Positions 26,043-35,388 are shown, counted from the stretch's first letter. The stretch: DNA of 56,591 bases from an uncultured Candidatus Saccharibacteria bacterium (GCA_964633425.1 CAZWFX010000007.1:1-56591); one strand, 5' to 3'. Notes: a model not told the origin generated them from the sequence alone. Numbers and translations are program-made.

Positions 26043-26981
26043 ATGGCTGAACAGGCCGAGAAATTCACCATCCGCCTCGGAGACATCGTTCGCGGCCCGC
26101 GTGTCCGCACGCAGCTCAGTGAACCTCGTATCGAGATGTTCATGCAGCTCTATGCCTCCGGCGCTGACGTCGAGCGGATCGAGCTGTACCGCGGCACGAA
26201 CGAGCTGTTCGCCGGTGATCACCGGACGACTGCGATGGAGCGTCTCGGCTGGCACAACCGTCAGATCGAGTACAAGCCCGTCGCAAAGCCGCGCGATCAG
26301 ATCACGATGCTCGTGGACAAGTACGCAGACAACGTGGGCGGCTCGCAGCCGCCGACGTTTGCCGATGCGGTCTTTGTCGCAAAGAAGCTCATGGAGGGCG
26401 GTGCTTCGCCGGCGAAGATCTCGCGCGGCTTCACGAAGCGCATGGGCGACACCTATCCTCCGTCATTCGTGCGCAAGCTCATGTCGCGAGCGCGGAATGA
26501 GTTCGTCTCGGAGCAGACGCAGTGCGCCCTCGCTGCCATGGCGGCGAAAGGGCTCACGATCGACCAGGCCGAAAAGGAGTTCAAGCTCGAAGCCGGGTCC
26601 TTGAAGAAGGTCATCACGAAGCGTTCCAAGGATAAGCCGGATATCGAGGCCGTGAAGGCTGCGATGTCGGGCCGCTCCAAGGGCTTCAGCCGCAAGAACG
26701 GCAGCGCACTTTCCGACTTGCTCGATCGCTTCGCCGAAAAGGGAGTCTCGGCGAAGGATGTCACCGACGTGTTCAAGCATGTCGAGTACCTGCTTGATCG
26801 ACAGGTCAGTGCACTGTCGAAGTTGCGTAAGCGCTTTGCGGCGCTCGGCGGCCCGAAGATCGGCAAGACGAAGAAGCGTCGCCGCTCTGCGGTTCGCACG
26901 ACCAAGCGCGCCAAGAGCTCGCGGCGCGCGAAGACGCGCAAGCCCAATCTCAACGGATCGGGTGCACACGCTTCCGCGTGA
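26043..26981 (+). CDS. ParB/sulfiredoxin-like N-terminal domain protein with highly basic C-terminal tail
   Basis: AAGGAG SD lies 7 nt upstream. ParB-N-like core IRLGDIV...ELFAGDHRTTAMERLGW. Tail KTKKRRRSAVRTTKRAKSSRRAKTRK. Confidence 0.8.
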   Translation: MAEQAEKFTIRLGDIVRGPRVRTQLSEPRIEMFMQLYASGADVERIELYRGTNELFAGDHRTTAMERLGWHNRQIEYKPVAKPRDQITMLVDKYADNVGGSQPPTFADAVFVAKKLMEGGASPAKISRGFTKRMGDTYPPSFVRKLMSRARNEFVSEQTQCALAAMAAKGLTIDQAEKEFKLEAGSLKKVITKRSKDKPDIEAVKAAMSGRSKGFSRKNGSALSDLLDRFAEKGVSAKDVTDVFKHVEYLLDRQVSALSKLRKRFAALGGPKIGKTKKRRRSAVRTTKRAKSSRRAKTRKPNLNGSGAHASA

Positions 26982-27004
26982 TCAGTAACGGGTAGTGGAC
27001 CCAC

Positions 27005-27039
27005 GAGGCCGTCGTTCGCGACGGCCTCTTTGCTTTTTT
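27005..27039 (+). terminator. Rho-independent terminator after the ParB-like gene
   Basis: gaggccgtcg-ttcg-cgacggcctc followed by tttgctttttt. Confidence 0.85.
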
Positions 27040-27070
27040 ACACTCTCGCGATACGCTCATTTGAATACAT

Positions 27071-28993
27071 ATGAAAGTAAACGACGTACGTACCAAGTTT
27101 TTTGACTTTTATAAGGCTCGCGGTCACGAGATCGTGCCGTCGGCACCCATCGTTCCCTTGAATGATCCGACAACGCTGTTCACCGGGTCCGGTATGCAGC
27201 CGATCCTCCCGTATCTACTCGGGGAACCGCATCCGAAAGGAAAGCGCATTGCGGACTCTCAAAAAAGTTTTCGAGCCGAAGATATCGAAGAAATCGGCGA
27301 CAACCGCCATACGACTTTTTTTGAAATGCTCGGTAATTGGTCGTTCGGCGACTACTTTAAGGAGGAGCAATTGTCGTGGGTCTTTGAGTTTCTGACACAG
27401 GAAATTGGTTTGGATCCGCAGCGTATGTATGTAACCGCTTTTATCGGCGACGAAAAAAACAACCTGCCGAAAGATGATGAGGCTGCCGCCATATGGACGC
27501 GCCTGTTTGCCGAAAAGGGCATCGACGCGTCGGCGGTCGATATCGGCAGTGAAGCGGACGGCTATGTGAAGGGAATGCAGGGCGGGCGCATTTTTTACTA
27601 CGAGGCAAAGAAGAATTGGTGGTCACGCGCGGGCGTCCCGGAAAAAATGCCTGTAGGAGAGCCCGGAGGACCCGATTCCGAAATATTTTACGACTTCGGG
27701 ACGATGCATGATCCGAAATTCGGTGACGAATGTCACCCGAACTGTGATTGCGGACGTTTCGTAGAGATCTGCAACTCGGTGTTCATGCAGTACATAAAAC
27801 AGCCCGACGGTTCATTTGCCCTGCTTCCGCAGAGAAATGTGGATTTCGGAGGCGGACTCGAGCGAATAGCCGCTGCGTCCAATGACAACCCTGACGTGTT
27901 CAGTATAGATACTCTGGCTGACATCATCACGTTCCTCGAAAAAATGTCCGGCAAGACGTATGACGATGAGTCTGCGCGACGATCCTTCCGTATCGTCTCG
28001 GATCATATGCGCGCCGCAACGTTCATGCTTGCAGACGGCGTGCGTCCGGCTAACTCGGACCGGGGATATGTGCTTCGGCGGTTGCTTCGACGTGCATCAC
28101 AGCATGCGCAAAAGCTCGGCATCACCTCGCAAAGCCTCGACGACAGTGCTCTGGTGCGTGCGGCAGTTGCCATCATCGAGAAATACAAGGGTGCGTATCC
28201 GGAGCTCGCGAGCGACGAGGCGTATCAGATGATCCGCGCAGAGATATGGAAGGAGGAGTTGCAGTTCGGGCACACCCTCGTGCAAGGGCTCAAAGAGTTT
28301 GAACGCATAGCAACGGGAGATATCTCGGCAGAACAGGCGTACACGCTCTTTACCACCTACGGATTCCCGTTTGAAATGACACAGGAGCTGGCAGCGGAGC
28401 GAAAGCTCTCGGTGGACGAGGTCGGATACAAGGAGCTCATGGTAAAGCACGCCGATCTGTCACGAGCAGGATCGGAGCAGAAATTCAAGGGGGGATTGGC
28501 GGATGCATCGCTCGAAACCACACGCCTACACACAGCTCACCATCTGCTTCTGAAAGCGCTCCAGATTGTACTCGGAGATCATGTTAAGCAGCGCGGCAGT
28601 AACATTACTGCGGAGCGACTCCGCATCGACTTTTCTCATGGCGAGAAAATGACCCCTGAGCAGAAAGCAGAAGTGGAGAGGATCGTTAACGAACAGATCA
28701 AGATGCATCTCCCTATGGTGCGTTCCACACTCCCGAAAGAAGAAGCAGAAAAGCTCGGAGCTGAGCACGAATTCGGCGCAAAGTATCCCGACATCGTATC
28801 GGTGTATTCCCTCGGACCGGTCGGAGCGGATGTTGAGAATCCGCAGTTCGATAAAGCATTTTCGATAGAATTCTGCGGAGGACCGCATGTCTCGAATACG
28901 CGTGAGATTGAAGAAGGAGGTATCTTCAAGATTCAAAAAGAAGAGGCCGTTGCGGCAGGAATCCGCAGAATCAAAGCGGTACTCACAAAATAA
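27071..28993 (+). CDS. alaS: Alanine--tRNA ligase, short form (640 aa, no C-Ala domain)
   Basis: Catalytic core (FTGSGMQP...FFEMLGNWSFGDYFK). Editing domain with HTAHHLL and CGGPHV. Ends directly after the editing domain. Confidence 0.93.
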   Translation: MKVNDVRTKFFDFYKARGHEIVPSAPIVPLNDPTTLFTGSGMQPILPYLLGEPHPKGKRIADSQKSFRAEDIEEIGDNRHTTFFEMLGNWSFGDYFKEEQLSWVFEFLTQEIGLDPQRMYVTAFIGDEKNNLPKDDEAAAIWTRLFAEKGIDASAVDIGSEADGYVKGMQGGRIFYYEAKKNWWSRAGVPEKMPVGEPGGPDSEIFYDFGTMHDPKFGDECHPNCDCGRFVEICNSVFMQYIKQPDGSFALLPQRNVDFGGGLERIAAASNDNPDVFSIDTLADIITFLEKMSGKTYDDESARRSFRIVSDHMRAATFMLADGVRPANSDRGYVLRRLLRRASQHAQKLGITSQSLDDSALVRAAVAIIEKYKGAYPELASDEAYQMIRAEIWKEELQFGHTLVQGLKEFERIATGDISAEQAYTLFTTYGFPFEMTQELAAERKLSVDEVGYKELMVKHADLSRAGSEQKFKGGLADASLETTRLHTAHHLLLKALQIVLGDHVKQRGSNITAERLRIDFSHGEKMTPEQKAEVERIVNEQIKMHLPMVRSTLPKEEAEKLGAEHEFGAKYPDIVSVYSLGPVGADVENPQFDKAFSIEFCGGPHVSNTREIEEGGIFKIQKEEAVAAGIRRIKAVLTK

Positions 28994-29040
28994 CCCACAC
29001 ACGACAGAAAGCGCGCTTGGTGCGCGTTATACTTGAGTGA

Positions 29041-30186
29041 ATGTTGAATATCCGTCTTCCGTTTCGCGAAGATGTTTTCGCGATAGTCGATATCGGTCCC
29101 GGCGGCGCGCGAGCTGCGCTTGCTTCGCATGTGAACGGCACGGTGCACGTGCATGCTCAAACCCATACGCTCATAAGTATCGAAAGCGAAACTCCCGAGC
29201 ATTCCATTGCTGCGATCGGTGAACGGTTAGACGATGTTTGCAAGCGCCTTACAGAGAAGGGGGTTCAAAAGGGGTTGAATGCCCGTGTTTCCCGTGTCTA
29301 TTGCATCGTTCACCAGCCCTGGACGCACTCTTTGACCGTCCGAAAGCGGGTTGATTACAAAGAGGAGAAGAAAATTTACGAAGCCGACATTAGTGCGCTT
29401 GCAAAAGAGATGCTGGGCGAGATCAAAGGAATCGATATGAGCGCCATGATGGAGGCGGCGGTGATCCGTACGTGGCTCAATGGCTATCCGGTAGTAAAGC
29501 CTGAAAACAGGACCGCTCACGCACTCGTTGTGTGCGCGATTGTGAGCGACATCGATCAGACCGTCAAAAAGAATGCCGAGGCGGCCATTCTGCGTGCATT
29601 TCCCACAGCAGCGGTTGAATGGCGCTCGGCAGCACGCGCCATGCAGACCGTACTTGGCAGTGTATTGCGCGACGACGAAAATTATCTTGCGGTCGACATG
29701 GGACTTGATGTTTCGCACTTGATCTCGGTGCGCGACGGGTTTCCGATGGGTGAACGCGTTGTGCCACAAGGGTTGCGCACTATTCTCACCCGCATCGACC
29801 CGAAACGTGTTGCCGAAGAAACGCTCGGGTTCATTCGTATGCTCAGTCGCGATGCCTGCGAGGGCGCGGCGTGCGAGGCAATATCGTCCGCTATGGCCTC
29901 CGCAGAGCCGGAGTTCGCAAAGATTTTTGGTGAAGCATTCGGCGGACTTGCTGCAGACCGACGGCTTGCCAACACGTTAGTGCTGCTTGCGAACCCGGAT
30001 ATCGTCGATTGGATGCGGCAATTTTTCTCTCGACTGGATTTTACGCAGTTCACCGCGACAACACTGCCGTTCAATGTGACCGTACTGGATGTGACCGACC
30101 CGCGCCTGAAGATCTCGACCGACGAGGAGTTGCATGCGCCGATCATATTTGCGGCAGCACTTGTTAACAGAGAATTGAGCGAGTGA
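29041..30186 (+). CDS. Hypothetical protein, possibly a divergent actin-like (ASKHA, FtsA/PilM-like) fold
   Basis: AIVDIGPGGARAAL (phosphate-1-like) and YLAVDMGLDVSHLISVRDG (phosphate-2-like). Similarity is weak and judged by eye only. Confidence 0.7.
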   Translation: MLNIRLPFREDVFAIVDIGPGGARAALASHVNGTVHVHAQTHTLISIESETPEHSIAAIGERLDDVCKRLTEKGVQKGLNARVSRVYCIVHQPWTHSLTVRKRVDYKEEKKIYEADISALAKEMLGEIKGIDMSAMMEAAVIRTWLNGYPVVKPENRTAHALVVCAIVSDIDQTVKKNAEAAILRAFPTAAVEWRSAARAMQTVLGSVLRDDENYLAVDMGLDVSHLISVRDGFPMGERVVPQGLRTILTRIDPKRVAEETLGFIRMLSRDACEGAACEAISSAMASAEPEFAKIFGEAFGGLAADRRLANTLVLLANPDIVDWMRQFFSRLDFTQFTATTLPFNVTVLDVTDPRLKISTDEELHAPIIFAAALVNRELSE

Positions 30187-30223
30187 ATTGCGGTAAGCCC
30201 TACCGTGATATACTTCCATTTCA

Positions 30224-31666
30224 ATGGCAAAGGATTATTTTCAGGATATCCTGCCCCCGCAAAACGGCGGTCGTAAGGCATCGGGTCGTTCGACCAAGCT
30301 TGCACGCGACCCCGATGTTCGTCCCGCCACCACTGTAGAAGAAGACGTTGCGGTTCCTGCAATGGATAGCGACGAAGACGAGGTAGCGATCCCGACTGAA
30401 GCCGAAGACGCAGGGCCGGCGCAAGAACCTGCCCCTGAGCGATCAATTCGCAACATTTCGGCGCCGCGAAGGCGCGATGACTTACAGGACGCACCGCGGT
30501 ATTCTCCACCTATGCAGACTACAAAAAAGTCGCGACGCATATGGCTATGGCTCGTCGTTTTTGTACTTGTGGCGGTTCTGGGTATTTTGGCGATGATTGC
30601 GCTGCGCGGTACCTCTGTGTCTGTCATTCCTCGCTCACACACAGTCATTTTTGACGAAACGTCACGCTTTACTGCGTATCCCAAAGATGCGGCGGCAACC
30701 GGTTCACTTACCTACACGACCCAGGTCGTAGAAATAGAGGACTCTGAGCCGGTAGAAAGCACCGGTACCGTCCATGCAGAGGAAAAAGCGAGCGGCTCCA
30801 TCACTGTTTTCAATAACTACCAAACATCACCGGTCAAACTTGTTAAAAACACTCGTTTCGAGGCGCCGAGAGGTCTCATTTTCCGAGCCCCTGCTGATAT
30901 CGTAGTGCCCGGTAAATCGGGGAGTACCGCGGGTCAGGTAACGGTCACGGTCGTCGCAGACGCGGCGGGAGATCAGTACAATATCGCGCCAGCAAAACTG
31001 ACGGTTCCGGGACTGAAAGGCAGTGCGGAGTTTGATCAGGTCTACGCGCAGTCATCGACGGCATTTACAGGAGGTTTCAGCGGCGATAGACCGGGTGTTT
31101 CGGAGGGTGCGCTTGCCGGAGCGCGGTCTGCTGTCCGGGCTCGTCTGGAGCAAAAAGTGCGCGAGGCTATTACCGCACTTTCTAACGATTCAATCGCTAC
31201 ATTCCCGGAGCTGGCACAGGTTTCGTACGTTGATCTTCCGACGACTCAGGAAACTGCCGGAGCTCGTATCCATGAAAAGGTGACCGCTTCTGTTCCGCTC
31301 ATGTCGGCTCCCGATTTTGCGCTCGCAGTGGCGCGAACAGTCTCGGCTGAAACGGATAATGCTCAGATCAAGATGGTCGGGATGAAAGACTTCGGCGGGC
31401 TATTGGTATCGGCCTCGACAACACCGGGGGTTGATCCCGTGCAGTTTCAACTGACGGGGCAAGCCATGCTTGTGTGGCAGGTTAACGGTGATGAGCTCGC
31501 CCAGGCGCTCGCAGGACGTGACCAGAGCGCCTTCCAGACCATTGTGACGGGCTTCCCGGGTATTCAGTCGGCTACGGCGCGTATTGAACCGTTTTGGTCG
31601 AGTACCTTCCCTGGGGATGCCTCCCGAATACGTATTAAAATAGCCGACCCAGCAGCATCAAATTAG
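30224..31666 (+). CDS. Single-pass membrane protein with large extracytoplasmic domain (480 aa), unknown function
   Basis: Charged, disordered N-terminus, TM helix [22 protein letters not shown], then a beta-rich-looking ectodomain. Confidence 0.8.
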   Translation: MAKDYFQDILPPQNGGRKASGRSTKLARDPDVRPATTVEEDVAVPAMDSDEDEVAIPTEAEDAGPAQEPAPERSIRNISAPRRRDDLQDAPRYSPPMQTTKKSRRIWLWLVVFVLVAVLGILAMIALRGTSVSVIPRSHTVIFDETSRFTAYPKDAAATGSLTYTTQVVEIEDSEPVESTGTVHAEEKASGSITVFNNYQTSPVKLVKNTRFEAPRGLIFRAPADIVVPGKSGSTAGQVTVTVVADAAGDQYNIAPAKLTVPGLKGSAEFDQVYAQSSTAFTGGFSGDRPGVSEGALAGARSAVRARLEQKVREAITALSNDSIATFPELAQVSYVDLPTTQETAGARIHEKVTASVPLMSAPDFALAVARTVSAETDNAQIKMVGMKDFGGLLVSASTTPGVDPVQFQLTGQAMLVWQVNGDELAQALAGRDQSAFQTIVTGFPGIQSATARIEPFWSSTFPGDASRIRIKIADPAASN

Positions 31667-31727
31667 GGTACATCAGGCCAAAAGCTTGACTCCAAGCCAC
31701 CTAATTGATACTCTACTCCACGCAGAT

Positions 31728-31934
31728 ATGGCTGAAGCAGAAGTTGTGGAAGGGACCGTCGAAGAGGCGCTTCCGAACACGCTATTTCGCGTAAAGCTCG
31801 ACAAAGGCGAAACGGTACTTTCGTACCTTGCCGGGAAAATGCGTCTGCACAGAATTAAAGTGCTCGTCGGCGATCGTGTGCAAGTGCAACTCGATCCGTA
31901 CGGCGGCAGGGCAAGGATCGTCCGCCGTTCCTAA
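31728..31934 (+). CDS. infA: Translation initiation factor IF-1
   Basis: [33 protein letters not shown]...[11 protein letters not shown]. Confidence 0.95.
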   Translation: MAEAEVVEGTVEEALPNTLFRVKLDKGETVLSYLAGKMRLHRIKVLVGDRVQVQLDPYGGRARIVRRS

Positions 31935-32003
31935 ACCCGTCTCTATAGTCCCGCCCGCCTGAGAATGTCTTGGGAGGTAGGGATAACGGTGGTATTCAAA
32001 AAC

Positions 32004-32117
32004 ATGAAAGTTAAAGCATCCGTCAAAAAAATTTGTATGCATTGCCGACACGTCAAGCGACGCGGTCGACTTTGGGTTATTTGCAGCAATCCGCGCCATA
32101 AACAGCGACAGGGTTAA
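32004..32117 (+). CDS. rpmJ: 50S ribosomal protein L36
   Basis: 37-aa ORF, absent from the ORF track because of its size: [37 protein letters not shown]. Confidence 0.93.
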   Translation: MKVKASVKKICMHCRHVKRRGRLWVICSNPRHKQRQG

Positions 32118-32140
32118 TTAGTAGGCTTCATCATTATTTC

Positions 32141-32521
32141 ATGCGTGTAGCAGGCATAACAATTCCGGACGATAAGCGACTTGAGGTTTCCCTCACGGCT
32201 ATCTACGGCGTCGGACGACCGCGTGCAAAGGCAACGCTCGATGCGCTCGGCATTGACTGGGGATTGACCGCAAAGGAGCTCTCGGCCGCCCAGGAGTCTT
32301 CGCTTCGCGAAGCGCTTGAGAAGTTCACGGTAGAAGGCGAGTTGCGCCGACAGATCAGCGCAAATGTTCGCCGACTCAAGGACATCAAGTCGTACCGCGG
32401 TTCGCGACATCAGAAAAAGCTGCCGGCTCGCGGTCAGCGCACCAAAACAAACAATCGTACGATTCGCGGTAACAAGCGAACAACGATGACATCAGGCCGA
32501 CGTAAGCTCGAAAAGACATGA
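32141..32521 (+). CDS. rpsM: 30S ribosomal protein S13
   Basis: MRVAGITIP...LTAIYGVG...SYRGSRHQKKLPARGQRTKTN. Confidence 0.95.
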   Translation: MRVAGITIPDDKRLEVSLTAIYGVGRPRAKATLDALGIDWGLTAKELSAAQESSLREALEKFTVEGELRRQISANVRRLKDIKSYRGSRHQKKLPARGQRTKTNNRTIRGNKRTTMTSGRRKLEKT

Positions 32522-32556
32522 TCCGCGGCTAGCGAATTGTGTATTGAACTAAATCT

Positions 32557-32991
32557 ATGGGAAAGAAACGAATCATTCGAAAATCAGGCGGAAGCGTTGA
32601 CGCGGGACTCAAGTCGCGAGCTTTGGCACGTGTCGCAAAAAAGAACATCGTACAGGGTACGCTTCATATTCATGCGACGTACAACAACACGAAAGTGTTG
32701 CTCGCAGATAAGAACGGGAACGCGATCGCATGGTCGTCATCCGGTAGCCTGGGCTTTTCCGGTGCAAAGAAGGGTACGCCGTTCGCAGCGGCAAAAGTCG
32801 GCGAGATCGTCGGCGACAAGGCTGTGATCATCGGCGTCAAAGAAGTTGATGTGATCATCCGCGGTGTCGGTTCAGGCCGTGAGTCTGCACTCCGAGCATT
32901 CGCCGGAAAGGGAGTTGATGTTACCCGAATCTCGGACGATACGCCGGTGCCGCATAACGGTCCGCGACCGCCGAAGCCTCGACGCGTCTAA
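32557..32991 (+). CDS. rpsK: 30S ribosomal protein S11
   Basis: GTLHIHATYNNT...GFSGAKKGTPFAA...DDTPVPHNGPRPPKPRRV. Confidence 0.95.
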   Translation: MGKKRIIRKSGGSVDAGLKSRALARVAKKNIVQGTLHIHATYNNTKVLLADKNGNAIAWSSSGSLGFSGAKKGTPFAAAKVGEIVGDKAVIIGVKEVDVIIRGVGSGRESALRAFAGKGVDVTRISDDTPVPHNGPRPPKPRRV

Positions 32992-33006
32992 TTTTAATTG
33001 CCATTT

Positions 33007-33618
33007 ATGTTGCCTGTTAAATCAAAGTACAAGATCGCGAAGCGCCTGGGAGCGGGTGTATTCGAGCAGACGCAGACACAGAAGTTTGCGCTTTCTGAGC
33101 AGCGTTCCGCTGCAACGAAGAAGAAGCCGCGCGGACGCGGAGGTTCAGACTACGGCCGACAGTTGCTCGAAAAGCAGCGAGTTCGATACACGTACGGTCT
33201 CAATGAACGCCAGCTTTCAAACTACGCTGAAAAGGCGATGAAGGAGGCAGATCCGTCAACCGCACTGCACCGCATGCTCGAACAGCGTGCTGATAGCGTT
33301 GTCTATCGAGCAGGCCTCGCCGGTACCCGCCGCATGGCACGACAGCTCGTCTCTCACGGACACATTATGGTTAACGGCCGCCGCACAACGACGCCGTCCC
33401 ATCACCTCAAAAAGGGTGATGTAATCACCGTACGAGAGGGCAGCCGCCAGAGCCCGCTTTTTGCCGGCCTTTCTGAGAAGGAGAACAACCGTTCCATTCC
33501 GCAGTGGGTTGCAGTCGATCTTGGCCTCTTGAAGGCAGAGGTCTCTGGTGAACCGGCGTACACCACGGTTGAGACAGGCTTGGATTATGCGACTGTGTTT
33601 GAGTTCTACAGCAGATAG
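33007..33618 (+). CDS. rpsD: 30S ribosomal protein S4
   Basis: S4 N-terminal region and S4 RNA-binding domain (RADSVVYRAGLAGTRRMARQLVSHGHIMVNG). TTG 32998 is an alternative start. Confidence 0.92.
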   Translation: MLPVKSKYKIAKRLGAGVFEQTQTQKFALSEQRSAATKKKPRGRGGSDYGRQLLEKQRVRYTYGLNERQLSNYAEKAMKEADPSTALHRMLEQRADSVVYRAGLAGTRRMARQLVSHGHIMVNGRRTTTPSHHLKKGDVITVREGSRQSPLFAGLSEKENNRSIPQWVAVDLGLLKAEVSGEPAYTTVETGLDYATVFEFYSR

Positions 33619-33689
33619 TGTTATAATCCGCCGAAATTTTGCCACTTACTTTTATTTATTAGTCAAGTCACTAATTTTCAAACAACAAT

Positions 33690-34664
33690 ATGTCTGACTA
33701 TCACATCGCACTTCCGTCTAAGCCTCGCGTCGTAAGCGAGAGCGAGCGCAGCGGTACATACGAGATCGACGGTCTTTACCCGGGATATGGCTACACGCTC
33801 GGCAACTCACTCCGACGCATCATTCTCTCCTCGCTTCCTGGAGCAGCGGTAACGCACGTCAAGATGCCGGGTGTTGCTCACGAGTTCTCCACCATCGAAG
33901 GCGTAAAGGAGGACGTCGTAACCATCCTGCTCAACATCCGAAAGATTCGCTTGAAGCTCACAACCGATGAGCCTCAGACAATCACCTTGAACGTTAAGGG
34001 CCCGAAGACTGTAACGGCTGAAGATTTGAATCTTCCCGGTCAGGTAGAGATCCTCAACCCGGACCAGATCATCGCGGAAGTCACCGGCAAAGGAACATTT
34101 GAACTTGAGCTTCGCGCAGAACGCGGGCTCGGCTACATTCCGAAGGAGGAACACCAGAAGGAGCGTGTCGATATCGGCTCTATCGCTCTCGATGCGATCT
34201 TCAGCCCGATTCGCCGTGCGAACTACGAAGTTGAAAACATGCGCGTCGGCGACCGAACGGATTTCAATCGACTTCGCATCCTTATCGAAACCGATGGAAC
34301 ACTCGCTCCGCGCGAAGCGCTCGAGACGTCCATCACCACTATGATTCACCAGCTGAAGGCTGTTGTCGGTTTCAAGGAGGAAGAGGCTCCGGAGCTCGCT
34401 CCGGCAGCAATTACCGACGTGCGCATGGGCTTGCCTGAGAAGGTCCAGCCGATGGATGCAGAGATTCTCAAGACCCGCATCACCGAACTGAGCATGCCTC
34501 AGCGAGTCGAACAGGCCCTTGATAATGCTTCGATCCGAACAGTGGGTGGCCTCGTGCGCAAGCGAGAGGATGACCTCTTGGCAATCGAGGGACTCGGACA
34601 GAAGGGTTTGCAGGATATTAAGCGAGCGCTTTCGAATCTCGGACTCACGCTCCGCAGCCAGTAA
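33690..34664 (+). CDS. rpoA: DNA-directed RNA polymerase alpha subunit
   Basis: N-terminal dimerisation domain (GNSLRRILLSSLPGAA) and C-terminal domain (LSMPQRVEQALDNASIRTVGGL). Confidence 0.95.
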   Translation: MSDYHIALPSKPRVVSESERSGTYEIDGLYPGYGYTLGNSLRRIILSSLPGAAVTHVKMPGVAHEFSTIEGVKEDVVTILLNIRKIRLKLTTDEPQTITLNVKGPKTVTAEDLNLPGQVEILNPDQIIAEVTGKGTFELELRAERGLGYIPKEEHQKERVDIGSIALDAIFSPIRRANYEVENMRVGDRTDFNRLRILIETDGTLAPREALETSITTMIHQLKAVVGFKEEEAPELAPAAITDVRMGLPEKVQPMDAEILKTRITELSMPQRVEQALDNASIRTVGGLVRKREDDLLAIEGLGQKGLQDIKRALSNLGLTLRSQ

Positions 34665-34674
34665 TTGAATACGT

Positions 34675-35028
34675 ATGCGACATCACGTTAAAAACCGAAC
34701 ATTGGGACGAGACAAGCGACAGCGCACTGCGCTTTTGCGATCTCTCGCACGATCAATCATCCTTCAGGAGGGTATCGTTACGACGATTGCGAAGGCGAAG
34801 GAAGTGCGCCCGTTCGTTGAGCGTTTGGTCACGACCTCGAAGCAGAACAGCGTTGCCTCACGTCGTGATGTGATGGCTCGCCTGAATTCCGCGACAGCAA
34901 CCAAGAAGCTGCACGACACCATCGCACCCCGCTACGCAGAGCGTGCCGGCGGATACACCCGCATCGTACGTCTCGGCCGCATCGGTACCCGTGTTGTTGA
35001 TTCCGCCCGAATCGAATTTGTAAAATAG
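34675..35028 (+). CDS. rplQ: 50S ribosomal protein L17
   Basis: MRHHVKNRTLGRDKRQRTALLRSLA...GGYTRIVRLG. Confidence 0.95.
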   Translation: MRHHVKNRTLGRDKRQRTALLRSLARSIILQEGIVTTIAKAKEVRPFVERLVTTSKQNSVASRRDVMARLNSATATKKLHDTIAPRYAERAGGYTRIVRLGRIGTRVVDSARIEFVK

Positions 35029-35030
35029 TT

Positions 35031-35384
35031 ATGGCAACAAAAACCTATACAATCGACGCAGCAGGAAAGACCATCGGACGCATCGCATCCGAGGCTGCAA
35101 AAGCACTCATGGGAAAGACCTCGGCTGACTACACGCCGAATGTTCGATCGGACGTGAAGGTTACGGTCAATAACTGCTCCAAGATCTATACGCGCGACCG
35201 AAAGCGACAGCAGAAGGTGTACACCAACTATTCCGGTCACCCGGGAGGTCTCAAGAAGGAGACATTGGCGAACTTGAATGCCCGCAAGGGACACGGTGAG
35301 GCTGTCCGCGTTGCCGTTTCGCGCATGATCCCGCGCAACACGATGCACACTGCACGCATGAAGAATCTTACCGTTAACGCATAA
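35031..35384 (+). CDS. rplM: 50S ribosomal protein L13
   Basis: TIGRIASEAAKALMGK...YSGHPGGLK...VSRMIPRN. Confidence 0.93.
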   Translation: MATKTYTIDAAGKTIGRIASEAAKALMGKTSADYTPNVRSDVKVTVNNCSKIYTRDRKRQQKVYTNYSGHPGGLKKETLANLNARKGHGEAVRVAVSRMIPRNTMHTARMKNLTVNA

Positions 35385-35388
35385 GTCT

